Shown here piece after piece: positions 40,821-54,392 of a stretch of DNA of 64,000 nt. How positions within the stretch are numbered: the stretch's first letter is position 1; the number at the start of each line of letters is the position of its first letter. Position numbers and translations under genes: made by a program. The DNA lies in contig OX597826.1 in the NCBI GenBank assembly GCA_951406725.2, forward strand, positions 53,196,001 to 53,260,000, read 5' to 3'. The stretch comes from Octopus vulgaris. Lineage: Eukaryota. Under the pieces are notes generated by a model. The model searched no databases. It was not told the DNA's origin and saw nothing but the letters and a program-made list of their open reading frames with translations.

Positions 40821-41638
40821 TATATATACATACATACACACGCACATACATATATGTATGTGTATATATATATGTGTGTGTGCATATGTACATACATATG
40901 TACATATTTATATGTATATATATACACATACATACATATAAATATTTACTTATAAATATACATATAAATATATACACATACATACATATAAATGTTTACT
41001 TCACCTCGAAAGCCCAATCTAATGTCCATCCTTCATCCCATACAAAGTCTGCTTGTTTAAACCCATCACCAAATCTCTCGTCCTTCCCGAACTCGAGACG
41101 TGTGAGTGTGGTGTATGTGCTTGGAGAATATTGCTCGCGTTTGTCTTCTATGTATATCTGCGTACATGTGTATGTGCGTTGGCGGATGGACTCACATATG
41201 CACAAGATGTATCTTAACTGTACAAACATTCCCTCCTGATATCCACTCTTAAACATACACGAACAAGCAAAAGACGCACGCACACACCTACGTCCGCGCA
41301 CACTAACATACAAACGCGCTTCAGCATAATTTAATTCGTATCTGTCTGTATTTAGAGTTATGTTTATCACATTAAAATATTTTGCTGCTGCTGCTGCTGC
41401 TGTTGTTGCTCTTGAGGAATTTCAGCATGTAAAAAAAAAAAAACAAATCCAATGTTTATAATACATAGTCTTGATGCAACATTATATCATTGTGTTTTGT
41501 ATGCTGATGTTGTTGTTTTGCGGCTTAGTATTATTTAACCCCTGATCAGTCTTGATCCAATAGACTTCTGTTCAAACGCATTACAACCACATACATACAT
41601 ACATACATACACACACACACACGCACGCACACACGCAC

Positions 41639-41691
<53 letters not shown>

Positions 41692-41839
41692 GGTTATGAG
41701 AGGTAATGGTGTCAAGAAGACCCAAAAGTGTCAGGTAATGCTGAGTAAGTGCTATGGACAGACCATAGTTAAGCTCCAGGTTCGGTGATTATGCGAATGA
41801 GGAGTCCAACGTAGGTCATATATTAGCATGCATATATAT

Positions 41840-42400
41840 AAAAAAAATTAACAGAATGAGGTAAAAATCCAAGGCTGTGTTTGATTTCAGAACATTTATA
41901 AAGAGGTCTTACAGCTGTTTCCGGGATATTTTATATATCCCTTCATCGGAGACGGTGCGAGAAACTGGTTAAGCAATAGTTATTCTAGAGAAGATGTGAA
42001 ATAGAGAGTGAAGTGGAGGAATGAAAACAGACGTGAGATATGCAGGGACATTGTATCTGCAGTTCCATTATTTAAGCAGAATGGTATACATATAAGTTTC
42101 CTGTACCTTGTGTGTAAGTTCCAATAGTATTTAAAATTGGTCATCCCAAGCATAGAGTCTAGTGTCTATTGTGAAAGCGGTTGTGTGGTGCTCCAAACTT
42201 AAAGTGTTGAAGACAGACACTTCCCTCTTCGGCCAAATTCTTATCAACGTTTTCAGATTCTCCTTGGAAAGGAAGATGGTGGTGAAGAAGGAGCTGGTGT
42301 CCGTCACCAGCAGAAATTCTTTAAAATTTGGGAGAAAATAACGAATATGTACCAATAAACTTCTGGGTATGCACCGGAAAATGATAAACAGGAAAGGGGC
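41840..42400 (-). mobile_element. Internally deleted Penelope-like element: RT remnant plus HHR (41906-41953)
   Basis: Minus-frame FLLVTDTSSFFTTIF..LEHHTTAFTIDTRLY resembles the PLE RT motifs (D.xSLFTNI; NNxFxFD..Y). It is followed by GUCU-CCGAUGA-A-GGGAUAU..AUAUCCC-G-GAAAC-AGCU-GUA-AGAC. Confidence 0.55.
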
Positions 42401-42772
42401 ACTTGCTCTTGATCGTCTGAGGGATCCAGGTTTTATGGATTACTTAGATTGACCCTGGGCAGCTATGTCACCCCCAACCCCAGGGGCATCTTGTTTTGTC
42501 AGAATTTTGTTATCATATGTTTTTGTTATTTTTTTTTTACGTGTTTTTATGTAAACACTTACTGTGGTGTCTTATGTACGATACCTCTTTCCTATGACCC
42601 CTTGTGACATGCTTAGCAGCATTTCGTCCGTCATTGCGTTCTGATTTCAAATTCCGAGGAGGTCGATTGTGTCGTTCATCCTTGTCAGGGTTGATGAAAT
42701 AAGTACCAGTTGAGCACTGGGGATCGATATAATCGACTTGTGCCAAAACTTGAAATCATCATCAGCAGTAGC

Positions 42773-42815
<43 letters not shown>

Positions 42816-42816
42816 A

Positions 42817-42873
<57 letters not shown>

Positions 42874-43540
42874 CAGCAGCAACAGGAGCAGCAACAGCAG
42901 CAGTTGTAGTTTCAGGCGTTGTGACTCTCAGCTTACCTAATGTATCCTTCGCTTTTTAATATGATTGGTTATGATATAAAAGTTTGCTTGCTATGTCTAT
43001 ATGGGTCGAACCAAAATAGATGTTGTTGAAGCCGTCGACGTCGTCGTCGTTGTCGGTGTTGTTGAGTAGCCCATGGCAGAGAGACAACCAATGAAACCGA
43101 CGGTAATTGAAAACGTATGTCCATTGGATACCGATGGGTGGCGGTTACATCCGTAATTGGATCCATGAGGTGTTGGTCTGAATGAAACTAACACCCGTTC
43201 ATATGATATCTTTTATAGAGATGTGATAGCGCAGCTGGGAGAAGAAACGGGTATATGGACGACCCACCCCAGGCGACACTTTTGTATCTACTGCATAAGC
43301 CTGTTAATCGGGGGCAAGTGATGACACCAAGTTCAAGGGCTGCCCAGGGTCGTATAAACTTCAGCTACGCTACAGCAGAGAGGGTCACATTGCCCTAACG
43401 GTTGAGACTTAAACCACGTGATCTAATTTTTTGAAAAACAATGGAGAATTTACAGATGTTGTGTGTTGAATGAGGTGTCTAAGTAATTGCTTAGACGCAG
43501 TTAATATACACACATACATACATACATATAAATACATACA

Positions 43541-43572
<32 letters not shown>

Positions 43573-43662
43573 AATACACACATACATACATATAAATACA
43601 TACATACATACATATAAATACATACATACATACATACATACATACATACATACATACATACA

Positions 43663-43698
<36 letters not shown>

Positions 43699-44548
43699 TT
43701 CAGAACAAAGAGATTGTTTTAAGAAAAACAACTATGACGGGACTGTCAAGATCTTATCAAAACATAAACATGGATATATAGAAATATAGTCTCATGCGTA
43801 TATACACAGACGCATACAAACACCACACACACACTCGCATGCAGACATACGAGCACGCACTCACATCCAATGTGCACACATGCACACGTGTGCACATATA
43901 CGCGCACACACCAGGGACACACACACATACACACTCACGCATACATTCACTAGCATGCACACACATACACTCTCAGACATATACACCCGCACACACAAAC
44001 ACACACACACACACACACACACACATCATAAAAGAAAAAGGAAATTTACTCAATATTTCTGGCGAAAGTTATTCGTTTATTTGTAGGTGACGCTCTACTC
44101 TGGCGCTACTCCGAGTTTTCTGTTTCCATTTTCCGCGCTGAGTCAGTCTGATGTCGACACTAAGGCTACTATTGTTGTTGCGATACTCATCCACTTGCAT
44201 AATAGATCAAGGGGTATGCATTTATTGGACACCTACAATACCCCATGGCGAAACTGACGGAGTACCCTATTACTTATATCATTTACAACCATACCCCCAC
44301 CATCATATATATATATATACACACACACACGCGCGCATCCATACATACATGTATACATACCGCCAGCAATAGAGAGCAGTCGCCATATTTCAGACTGTTA
44401 ACTAACATTCCATTGAACACCTAGTGCGAAACCGCTTGGTAAGATCAGCCGTAATGGATATATAATACCATACACTCCAAATAACATACGTACGTACGTA
44501 CATATGTGTGTGTGTGTATACATATATATAAGTGTGTATGTGTGTATA

Positions 44549-44765
44549 TCAGGACGCCATGATAGATCGTTAGCTCCTACACGCATTTTTTTCTCTCCTT
44601 GTTTCTCTCCTTGTTTTTTTCTCTGTATCTTTCTGTCGAAGAGCGTAGGCTCGAAACGTAAAAGACTTTTTCTATTTCTATTCTTGAGCGCCATACTAAT
44701 ACATTTGTTTGTTTGCACTCCACCTGCCTTCGACTTTTGCTTATTTTCGTAAACCTTCCCGTTAT
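44549..44765 (+). mobile_element. Short Penelope-like element with HHR variant (44628-44665)
   Basis: UCUUU-CUGUCGA-A-GAGC-GUAG-GCUC-GAAAC-GUA-AAAGA, in a TA/CA microsatellite context. Confidence 0.65.
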
Positions 44766-45011
44766 ATATATACACACACACACACACACATATCCATACA
44801 TGCACCCATGCCTAGGTACGTACGTACATTCATACATACATATATATATTCACACACACGGAGATATGCATACTTATATATATATATGTATATATATATT
44901 TAAATCGGAGTATATACATTCTTATTGTAATATATTATTATACAGTTATTATTGTAGTAAGTTGCTTTCTCTATGTAACTTAAAAAGTCTTCTGGTTTCT
45001 TTATATATGTA

Positions 45012-45131
<120 letters not shown>

Positions 45132-45689
45132 GTATGTCATCAAAGGGACTTCGAGGAAGTTAGGGAGCTGTAAGATGTATGAGCCCTCAGTTCTGGGTGC
45201 ACACTTACCATTGTGAAGATCGCCAATCAGAGGAGAGACACTCCACGAATGCTAGCCCTGTTCTACTCAAATATAAACTGTCAGTTAGACAGAATAAAAA
45301 ATGTAAATCCAGTTAGTCTTCTCTGTTACAACTTGTTTATAAAGAAAATATTTGAATTGATCCTTTGTTCGAACTTTTCCCATGATACGTAATTCAATTT
45401 ATTTACACTGGTTATCAAGTTCATGTTCAGGAATTCTGAGATGTAATTTTCTTCATATTTTTGTAATGGCTCATCCATTCTCTGTTGTCAAAGCGGATGC
45501 GCTAACTCCCACCTTTTTTCCAAAGTCGACACCATAAACAAAACGTGGTTTGTTTCCTGACGCTTTGCTGAAACTAATAGCTCTTAGACATTTCACCGTT
45601 TTGATACTTGTGTTCAGAGACCAAACTGGAAAAGATTGCTACTCACTATCGTTTCGAGTTATGTGTTTATTCAATATTTTCTACATTTA

Positions 45690-46080
45690 AGGCGGCGAGC
45701 TGGCAGAAACGTTAGCACGCCGGGCGAAAAGCGTAGCCGTATTTCATCTTCCGTTACGTTCTGAGTTCAAATTCCGCCGAGGTCGACTTTACCTTTCATC
45801 CTTTCGGGGTCGATTAAATAAGTACCAGTTACGCACTGGGGTTGATATAATCGACTTAATCCGTTTGTCTGTCCTTGTTTGTCCCCTCTGTGTTTAGCCC
45901 CTTGTGGGTAGTAAAGAAATAGGTATTTCGTCTGCCGCTATGTTCTGAGTTCAAATTCCGCCGAGCTCGACTTTGCCTTTCATCCTTTCGGGGTCGATTA
46001 AATAAGTACCAATTACGCACTGGGGTCGATGTAATCGACTTAATCCGTTTGTCTATCCTTGTTTGTCCCCTCTGTGTTTA
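45690..46080 (+). mobile_element. SINE family B, dimeric
   Basis: Head plus two bodies; junction AAAGAAATA-GGTATTTCG. Confidence 0.9.
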
Positions 46081-46745
46081 TCGAGCATTTCGGCAATTTT
46101 GACCAATCAAATACGTCCATTTGGAGTCAAAACATACCGTGCTGTATGAATATGTCCTCGTTTAAGAAAGAGATTGGGTTTATTTACATTTGCGAAGAAA
46201 AAACGATACCCTTCCCCCACCCCTAACCCTAACTCTAACTAAACCTAACCCTAAAATAGATTGAAATGCAAAGATCGATACTAGGGTTATAATTATGGGT
46301 GACATTTTATTTGACACCATTTCCTGTAGCGGTGTCGTATGAAATTGTCACCCATAATTATAACCCTAGTATCGATCTTTGCATTTCAATCTATTTTAGG
46401 GTTAGGTTTAGAGTTATATTTAGGGTTAGGGGTAGGGTTAGGGTTAGGGGTGGGGGGAGGGTATCTTTTTTCTTCGCAAATGTAAATAAACCCAATCTGT
46501 TTCTTAAACAAGGGACATATTCATACAACACGGTATGTTTTGACTCTAAATGGACGTATTTGATTGGTTAAAATTGCCGAAATGTTCGATTTTAAAGTGG
46601 AAATATGTTACAAACTATAGAATTTTCTCAATAAAGCCAAGAAAAAATGATGTTTTATAAACACATTCTACCAGTATACGAAGTTTAAAAGTGTTTAGTT
46701 AACTAGAAATTGTGTTGACATATGCCGTTCAAAAGGAAAAGATCC
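46080..46745. mobile_element. Foldback element with telomere-like repeats in its arms (left arm truncated)
   Basis: 46080-46318 is inverted relative to 46331-46590, with a ~12 bp spacer. Arms contain (CCCTAA)-like and (TTAGGG)-like runs. The unpaired extension reaches ..AAAAGGAAAAGATCC at 46745. Confidence 0.8.
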
Positions 46746-47176
46746 CTTATTTAATTGACCCCGAAAGGAATGAAATGCAAAGTCGAACCTCGGCAGAATT
46801 TGAACTCAGAATGTAGCGACGGTCCTAACGATTCTGCCAGCTCGCCACCTTCATGTAATTAATGATAATAAAAGCAAATAATTCAAGCCGTACAGTAAGA
46901 AAGTGTTAACTGAATGAAAAAATGGGGGAATGAAAATGATGGGGGACAGAAAGGTGAGGGGTGGAGTAGTGATCGTGGTGGTGGTTGTGCGAGAACACTT
47001 TCCTGTGGACAACACGCGAGAGTATCTTAGGGTATTTTATCATGGTTTTTGTTTTTTTTGCGCACTTTCTATTTAAATAAACAATTCTACTGAATTTAGC
47101 TGCATCCTTTGTATTCTTTTACTTTTTGTACTGTATTTATGTCATATTACAATTACAGAAACATTATTCTATACTT

Positions 47177-47226
<50 letters not shown>

Positions 47227-47899
47227 ATGTATGTATGTATGTGTGTGTATATGTATGTATGTATGTGCGTGTTTGTATATGTATGTATGTATGTATGTAT
47301 GTGCGTGTGTGTATATGTATGCATTTATGTATGCATGTTTTTGTGTATGTACCTATGTACATATATGTTTGTATATATATATATGTATATGTGTGTGTGT
47401 GTGCGTGTGTGTGTCTGTATACACACACTCACACACATATATATATATAGTTTTTGTCCGGGTACGCCCTGCCTACCATATCTACCCAGAGGACAAATCT
47501 ATGCTATATACACACATCTACACCATAAACCACGTACGTACTGCAAACTCACATATTCACACACTCATACACATACACACACCACACATACACACACCAC
47601 ACATACACACACACACACTACACACGTACACACACACACATACATATACATGCACACACACACACAATAGTATACAATACACACGGATACACGTTGGTAA
47701 ATAAATGGTGACACGTTGATCTAAAATCTACAGAAGCAGGCAAATTGTACCAGCTAAGCTGTATCGCCTCCTTTCTCCTGACTTTACGTTAAATTAAATA
47801 CGTTTTGCCAAAAATAACCGAATTACATTCAAGTATATTTTCAAGTACTTCGTGTAAATATTTCATGCAGAACACGTTAGATTATCATTGTTGCTGTGC

Positions 47900-48560
47900 A
47901 AGGCAGCGAGCTGGCAGAATCGTTAGCAAGCTGGGCGAAATGTTTAGCGGTATTTTCTCTGCCACTACGTTTTGAGTTCAAATTTTGCCGAGGTCGACTT
48001 TGCCTTTCATCCTTTCGGGGTCGATTAAATAAGTACCAGTTACGCACTGGGGTCGATATAATCGACTTAATCCGTCTGTCTGTCCTTGTTTGTCCCCTCT
48101 GTGTTTAGCCCCTTGTGAGTAGTAAAGAAATAGGTATTTCCTCTGCCGCTACGTTTTGAGTTGAAATTCTGCCGAAGTCAACTTTGCTTTTCATCCTTTC
48201 ATGATCGATAAAATAGAGTACCAGTCAAGTACTGAGATGAACGGTATCGACAAACCCCTTTCAATCGAAATTGCTGGCCTTTTGCTTAAATCAGAAACCA
48301 ATATTATTGAAGGCGAAGAGATGACAAAGTCGTTAGAACACCGGAAAAATGCTTTGTATTTAATAAGAACACTTAAGAAATATTTGCAGAATCGTTAAAG
48401 CATTAGAGAAGATGCCTAGAGGTACTTTTTCCGTGTTTTTACGTTCTGTCTGACTTTCATCTTTGTATAGTCGATAAAAAAGGCACCAGTCAAGTTCTGG
48501 GGGTTAACTGTATCGATCAAACTACCTCCCTCAAAATTATTGGCCTTGTGTCTAGATCGT
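47900..48560 (+). mobile_element. Family B SINE array
   Basis: A young unit runs through the same junction into an older-type body, followed by decayed copies. Confidence 0.85.
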
Positions 48561-50488
48561 TGTGCCTGGTAATATCCGCCAGTTGGTGATAGGCGGTTGC
48601 AGTAAAAAATAAAGTTTAATTCTCGTTCTGAAAGGGCTCATAGAACATTCTAAAACGTTTCAACAGGGTTATAAAAAATCCTTTGAGGGCTTCTTTTAAT
48701 GCGGCCGGAGGTCATGTGTCTTTTCATAAGATAATTTTCACCCCCTTAACTTTCTGCCTTAGTGATTATTCCTGTTGCAACTAACAACGATGTTCAAATT
48801 AAATGAGATATTTCAACTCTTATCTTTCGACAATTCATTATTCTTTGAATCACATACGTAACATGCATATAACAAATTGCACACTATGGACAGTAAATAT
48901 GTTTAGTGTTATCAATAAACATAGTTAGCGCATGCATGGTTTTATGGTTAAAAGACCCATTTTCAGCCATATCGCGTTTGATTCAGTCCCACGAAGTGAA
49001 TTTGGTAATCAAAAACTGTGTGGGAACACGTCGTATGTTTTTCTTTCTCTACCTTCTCGAGTCATACCGACCCACAAGGGCCGGTTTTTTTTTTTGGTTT
49101 CATGGCGTATATTCTCCACCTGGACGGGATGCTGGTCCGTAGCAGTATTACTCATTTTTGCCAGCTGAGTGGACTGGAGCAACGTGAAATGACGTGTTTT
49201 GCTCAAGAACACAACGCGTCGACCGGTCCAGGAATTCAAACAACAATCTTACGATCATGAGTCCAACACCCTGACCACTAAGCCACGCACCTTCACTAAC
49301 CTCGTTTGTGTGTGCGTGTATGTTACCCCATCGTTTGACAACCGGCGTTGGTTTATTTACGCCCCCTTAAATTAAGGGTTCGGCAAAAGAGACCGACAGA
49401 TAAATACCAGGTTTAAAGAAAAAAAGAATTTACTGGGGTTAATTTGTTCCACTGAACCCTTGAATGTGATGCCCAAGCATGACCGCAGTCCAATGACTGA
49501 AACAAGTAAAAGATAGAAAATAGTTGAAGATAATTCTTTCTTTGATTAATAATTCAGCATGTCAAGGCGGTGAGCTGGCAGAATCGTTAGCACACCGGGC
49601 AAAATGCTTTATATTCAGAGTTCAAATTCCGCTAAGTTCGACTTTGCCTTTCATCCTTTCGGTGTCGATAAAATAAGTACCAGCTGAGTCCTGGAGTCGA
49701 TCTAATCGACTTACTCCATCTCTCGACATTGCTGGCTTTGTGCCAAATTTTGAAACTATTAATTATTCAACATGTTAAACGATAGCACTACAAAATATAT
49801 ATAAGGTATATAATATACAGGTGGACTACGATTCAATGTAAAAACAAAAAAAATAAATAACAAAGCCCAAATCTAGGTCATTACAAAAAGAAATTGCTGT
49901 TTGTTGTACATGGACAGTTTTTTGTTTGTCTAACCATACTTGTCAACAGTAGCCGTCAACTGTCAACTCGTTGATAAGTCATTCTGTCAAACTGCTAACC
50001 AGCAAATTGCTGTGTTTCAAATAAACGTACGACTACAATACTAATGAAACTGCTGTATAGAAAATGATATGACCGAAAGTTGTCAAACTTGATCGGTTCG
50101 TCGCTCTGAATTGCTTTATTACAACAAATTACTTGAGAGCTACTCTGGAACGAACTGATTAAACAATATAATTGATACACGAATCAACAAATATATAGGT
50201 GCGAACGTACGCGCCCGAGTGTATGTATATATATGTATGTCCCAATGTTAGTTTTATATATATATGTATACATATATGCAAACATACATGCATATATGCA
50301 CACACACACATTCAGAGAACACATATATATATATTCATACACATATACATACATAAATTCAAATATATATATATATTCAGAGACACATATATATATATTC
50401 ATACACATATACATACATACAAATATTTATATACATTATTCATACACACATATATATACAAACATACATATATACATACATACATAAT

Positions 50489-50577
<89 letters not shown>

Positions 50578-50606
50578 AACTATTAGTATTATCATTGTTG
50601 CTGTTG

Positions 50607-51052
50607 AGGCGACGTGCTGGCAGAATCGTTGGTGCGCTGCTGGCTCAAATAGCTGATCCGCTTTTCTGTCGCCTCTTTCCATTCTGAGTTCAAATGTCAC
50701 CTAGGTCGACTTTGCCTTTCTGGATCGATAAAATAAATATCAGTTGCGCACCGTAGTCGATGTAATCGGCCTACCTCCTCCTTCGAAATTGCTGGTTTTG
50801 TGCCAGAATTTGAAACCATTAATATTATTATTATTGTTAAGTCTGCGAGCTGGTAGAATCGTTAGCATGCCGGGCAAAATACTTGACGGCATTTCGTCCG
50901 TCTTTACGTTCTGAGTTCAAATTCCGCAGAGATCAACTTTACCTTTCATCCTTCGGGGTCGGTAAAATAAGTACCAGTTGAGTACTAAGGTCTATATAAT
51001 TGTTTTACACACTCACCCAAAATTTCTGGCCTAGTGCCAAAATTTGAAACCA
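50607..51052 (+). mobile_element. Two tandem family B SINEs
   Basis: Heads at 50607 and ~50840. Other B copies at 37560-37800(-), 38750-38925, 42610-42755, 46746-46851(-), 49565-49760 and 52630-52853. Confidence 0.85.
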
Positions 51053-51329
51053 TAATGCAGCAAATATTTCCCAGAATGTACTCTTTCTGGAGTAAGAGAT
51101 AAATGCAGTGATTTAATTGAAGTTACTTCACTTTACCATGCAATTAGCTGTAAGTTGCAGTAGTGTTTGTGCCCATGGCAGTATTTCCCGATTGAAAAAA
51201 GCATGAGCACCACTCAATTAATTTTCACCTCTCTTTAGCTCATATGCTAATTAAACTAATCAGTTAGGGGCTTGGTTAGAATGCATCGCATTCAGGTTCT
51301 TTACGCTTTGAATTCAAATCTTTCCGGGA

Positions 51330-52010
51330 TCATCTTCGTCATCCGTCTTGTTTGTGTTGGATGTGAAAGTATCCTCCCAGCGTGGTGGTAAAACGAATGT
51401 GTTATAGGACAAACCAAGATATCTGACAGTATCTCTTCTGGCTCCGCCTTCTCACAGTAACGCCTGCCATGGCACTGGGACCAAGCTCTACTGAACCAAG
51501 CCGGCAACCTTACTCTTGGATGACCACCAGTTACACTAGGAAGGTGGAGACTTGCATGTGTGGACAACTGCCAGTCTTTTTCAATAAATAAAAACCTTGC
51601 CCATGCTTGCACTTGCATGTGCTAATTATATGACGCTCCTCTTTTGTGACTGAACGATTTCTAGTTAACCAGTCGCGCTGCTTGCACACATTCCCATGAC
51701 TCACTTTTACCACACAATTCTATTTCTCATAATTGAATTGAGAAGTTGAGTCATAATGATTTTCTTTTTATATAATTATACAACCATAGACGCCTCCTCT
51801 ATAGACGCAATAGATCTTGGTGATCCTGACCATTGATCTTCTCGAATTCCTCCGCTCAGTATCATTGTAAGAAGCACCGTTGTGCTTAAGCACCGTTGTG
51901 ATTAAGTTCTTCCGTTGCCTCCTCACAATACGCCTTGCTGCAGTTCCATGACTTCGCCGTATACCCGGCACGATGGATAAACAGGTTCTATACTTTGTCA
52001 AAGAGCAGTA
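51330..52010 (-). pseudogene. RTE-like non-LTR retrotransposon ORF2 C-terminal remnant
   Basis: Decayed motifs QSIEPV..YG, GVYGC and HGRRYCEKAEPEEILSDILVCPITH..GRILSHP resemble the RTE-type VEPxLLYG..LDGCY..AGHCxRAxxExISDxLLWxPxH..GRP pattern. Confidence 0.45.
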
Positions 52011-53202
52011 ACCATGCGAGTAACCATACAAGGTACGGCCCTCACTCAGTGGGGTATTTTCAAAATACCCGCATTATTTATAACTTGGGTCTTTACATTA
52101 TTTACAATGGATGAAAGCGTATCTGGGTTGTAAAGAAGTTCGTTCTGTAGCCATGAGGTCTCAAGTTCGGTCTCACTCCATTCCACTTTAGGTCACTGCA
52201 TTTACCATAACCCCGGGTTGCCCAACTCTAGTGACTGAATTTGGGTGGAAGGAAACTTCACAGAATCCCGTCAGATGGAATGTACATGAAATTCAAAGGT
52301 CCAGCTTTATTACACTTGTGTTCATAATGATTCTAACTCAGAGCTACATTAAGGGAACATGCGCCTGTGGAATACTCTGTCACTTCGCATGCTAATTCAG
52401 AGAGTTGGTTGTTCAGTTCATCGAAGAGCTGGACAGCACCTACATCGAAATCCATATCAAAGTCCATCATCATTTATATTCTATAATTGCGTGAAAGGCG
52501 CTGGCGTGATTGTGTAGTTAAGAAGCTTGCTTCCCAATCATGCGGTCCTGGATTCTGTCCCACCACGCGGCACCATGGACAAGAGTCTTCTACTATAGCC
52601 CCTAGTCGACCAAAGCCTTGTGATGGACTTAGGTTGGCAGAAACGTTAGCATACCGGGCGAAATGCTTAGCGGTATTTCGTCTGCCGTTACGTTCTGAGT
52701 TCAAATTCCGCCGAGGTCGACTTTGCCTTCCATCCTTCGGGGTCGATAAATTAATTACCAGTTATGCACTGGGTCGATGTAATCGACTAAATCCCTTTGT
52801 CTGTCCTTGTTTGTCCCCTCTACATTTAGTCCTTTGTGGGCAATAAAGAAATAAGACACTAAAAGAGACCTGCCGCGCACACACGCATGCATGCATGCGC
52901 GGACACACACACACACAAACACACGTATGTATATGTTCAGTTCCTTGTCTGAACATCACATGGTTGTTGTAAACGAAATCATTGTTATACAAGCAAAGTT
53001 GTTCGTTTCCAGTTTTCCGTGAAAACCATGTCTGGCCATAAGAAAATATTACCTTGTGTGGAATGATGTGAGGGTTTGAGACAGGAAGGGCATCCGGCTA
53101 TAGAAAATTTGCCTCAACAAATTCTATCTGATCCATACAAGCATAAAAAGGGGGCGGCGTAAAAATGATGATGAACGATGATAAAATTTGCGTTTGTTAC
53201 AT

Positions 53203-53430
53203 TTAGGGTGTCAGCATCATGATCGTAAGATTGTGGTTTCGATTCCTGGACCGGGCGACGCGTTGGTGTTCTTGAGCAAAACACTTCATTTCACCTTGCT
53301 CCAGTCCACTCAGCAGGTAAAAATGAGTAACGCTGCGATGGACTGGCGTCCCGTCCAGTTGGGGAATGCATACGCCATTGAAACCGGGAAACCGGGCCTA
53401 TGAGCCTGGCTTGGCTTTAAAAGGGCGCGT
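53203..53430 (+). mobile_element. SINE family D head with V-domain-like tail
   Basis: CORE-like segment followed by GCTGCGATGGACTGGCGTCCCGTCCAG. Related copy at 49050-49297(-). Confidence 0.85.
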
Positions 53431-54357
53431 TAGTTATTATTTTATATTTTTCTAAAGATAAAAGTACAAATGATTCTAAACTACGTAAATATTGTTTATC
53501 AATTAAATCATTTCACTTCTGTTATTTATTTTTTTTTATTTAGAAATGTTAGATTTTTAATTACCATTTGTTATGCATTTATAACACTTAATTAGATAGT
53601 GACTGTCTCATTGTATGGAAAGGGTGTCTTCATTGCAACAGATAGGTTTTAAATTCGTAAAGGGAGATTACTTGTGATTATGTCACTGCATATGTTACCA
53701 TGCTGTCCTCTATAGCCTACTCTGACGTTATTTATGGTCTGTAACGCATTTCTGACCTTGTGTTGTCATAGTGATTGCTAGCAACATTCTGTTGCTATAG
53801 TTCCGTATGCAGAGCACATGTCATGATTAGAGTTGCGGATGATTTTCACTGTCATCACATCTGTATAGTATTATCTTTTACTTGTTTCAGTCATTGGACT
53901 GCGGCCATGCTGGGACACTGCGTTGAAGTATTTTAGTCGAAGAAATCGGCTTTAGTACTTACGTTTTGATATTTATTATTTTTTTTTATGGAAGTCTGGT
54001 ATTTATTTTATCGGTCCTTTTTTGCTAAACTGCTAATTTACAGTGCTTCCCAACCATGTGTTTCCGAGTTCAGTCCCTCTGCGTGTCACTTTGGGCAAGT
54101 GTTTTCTACTATAGCCTCGGGCCGACCAAAGGCTTGTGAATGGATTTGATAAACGGAAACTGAAAGAAGTCCAGTGTGTATATATATATATATATATATT
54201 ATATGTAGAAAAATACAAACTGGGACAAGAACGTAAAACATTTAGAAGACGATACAAAAAACACGGACGGGACATTCGAAGCCTTCAGTCTTCAGTCAAG
54301 AACCGGATCATCCTAGCAATTTCGGCTGATTACATACATACACACACACACACATAT

Positions 54358-54392
<35 letters not shown>

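Noticed and set aside
45280-45660. Possible L2/CR1 ORF2 3' remnant on the minus strand
   Set aside because: Only scattered motif resemblance across three frames; not supportable without a search.
54265-54331. Permuted (type II-like) hammerhead on the minus strand, GAAA..UA..CUGAAGA (also 4550-4610)
   Set aside because: Stem I does not close next to the core, and the cleavage site differs between the two copies.
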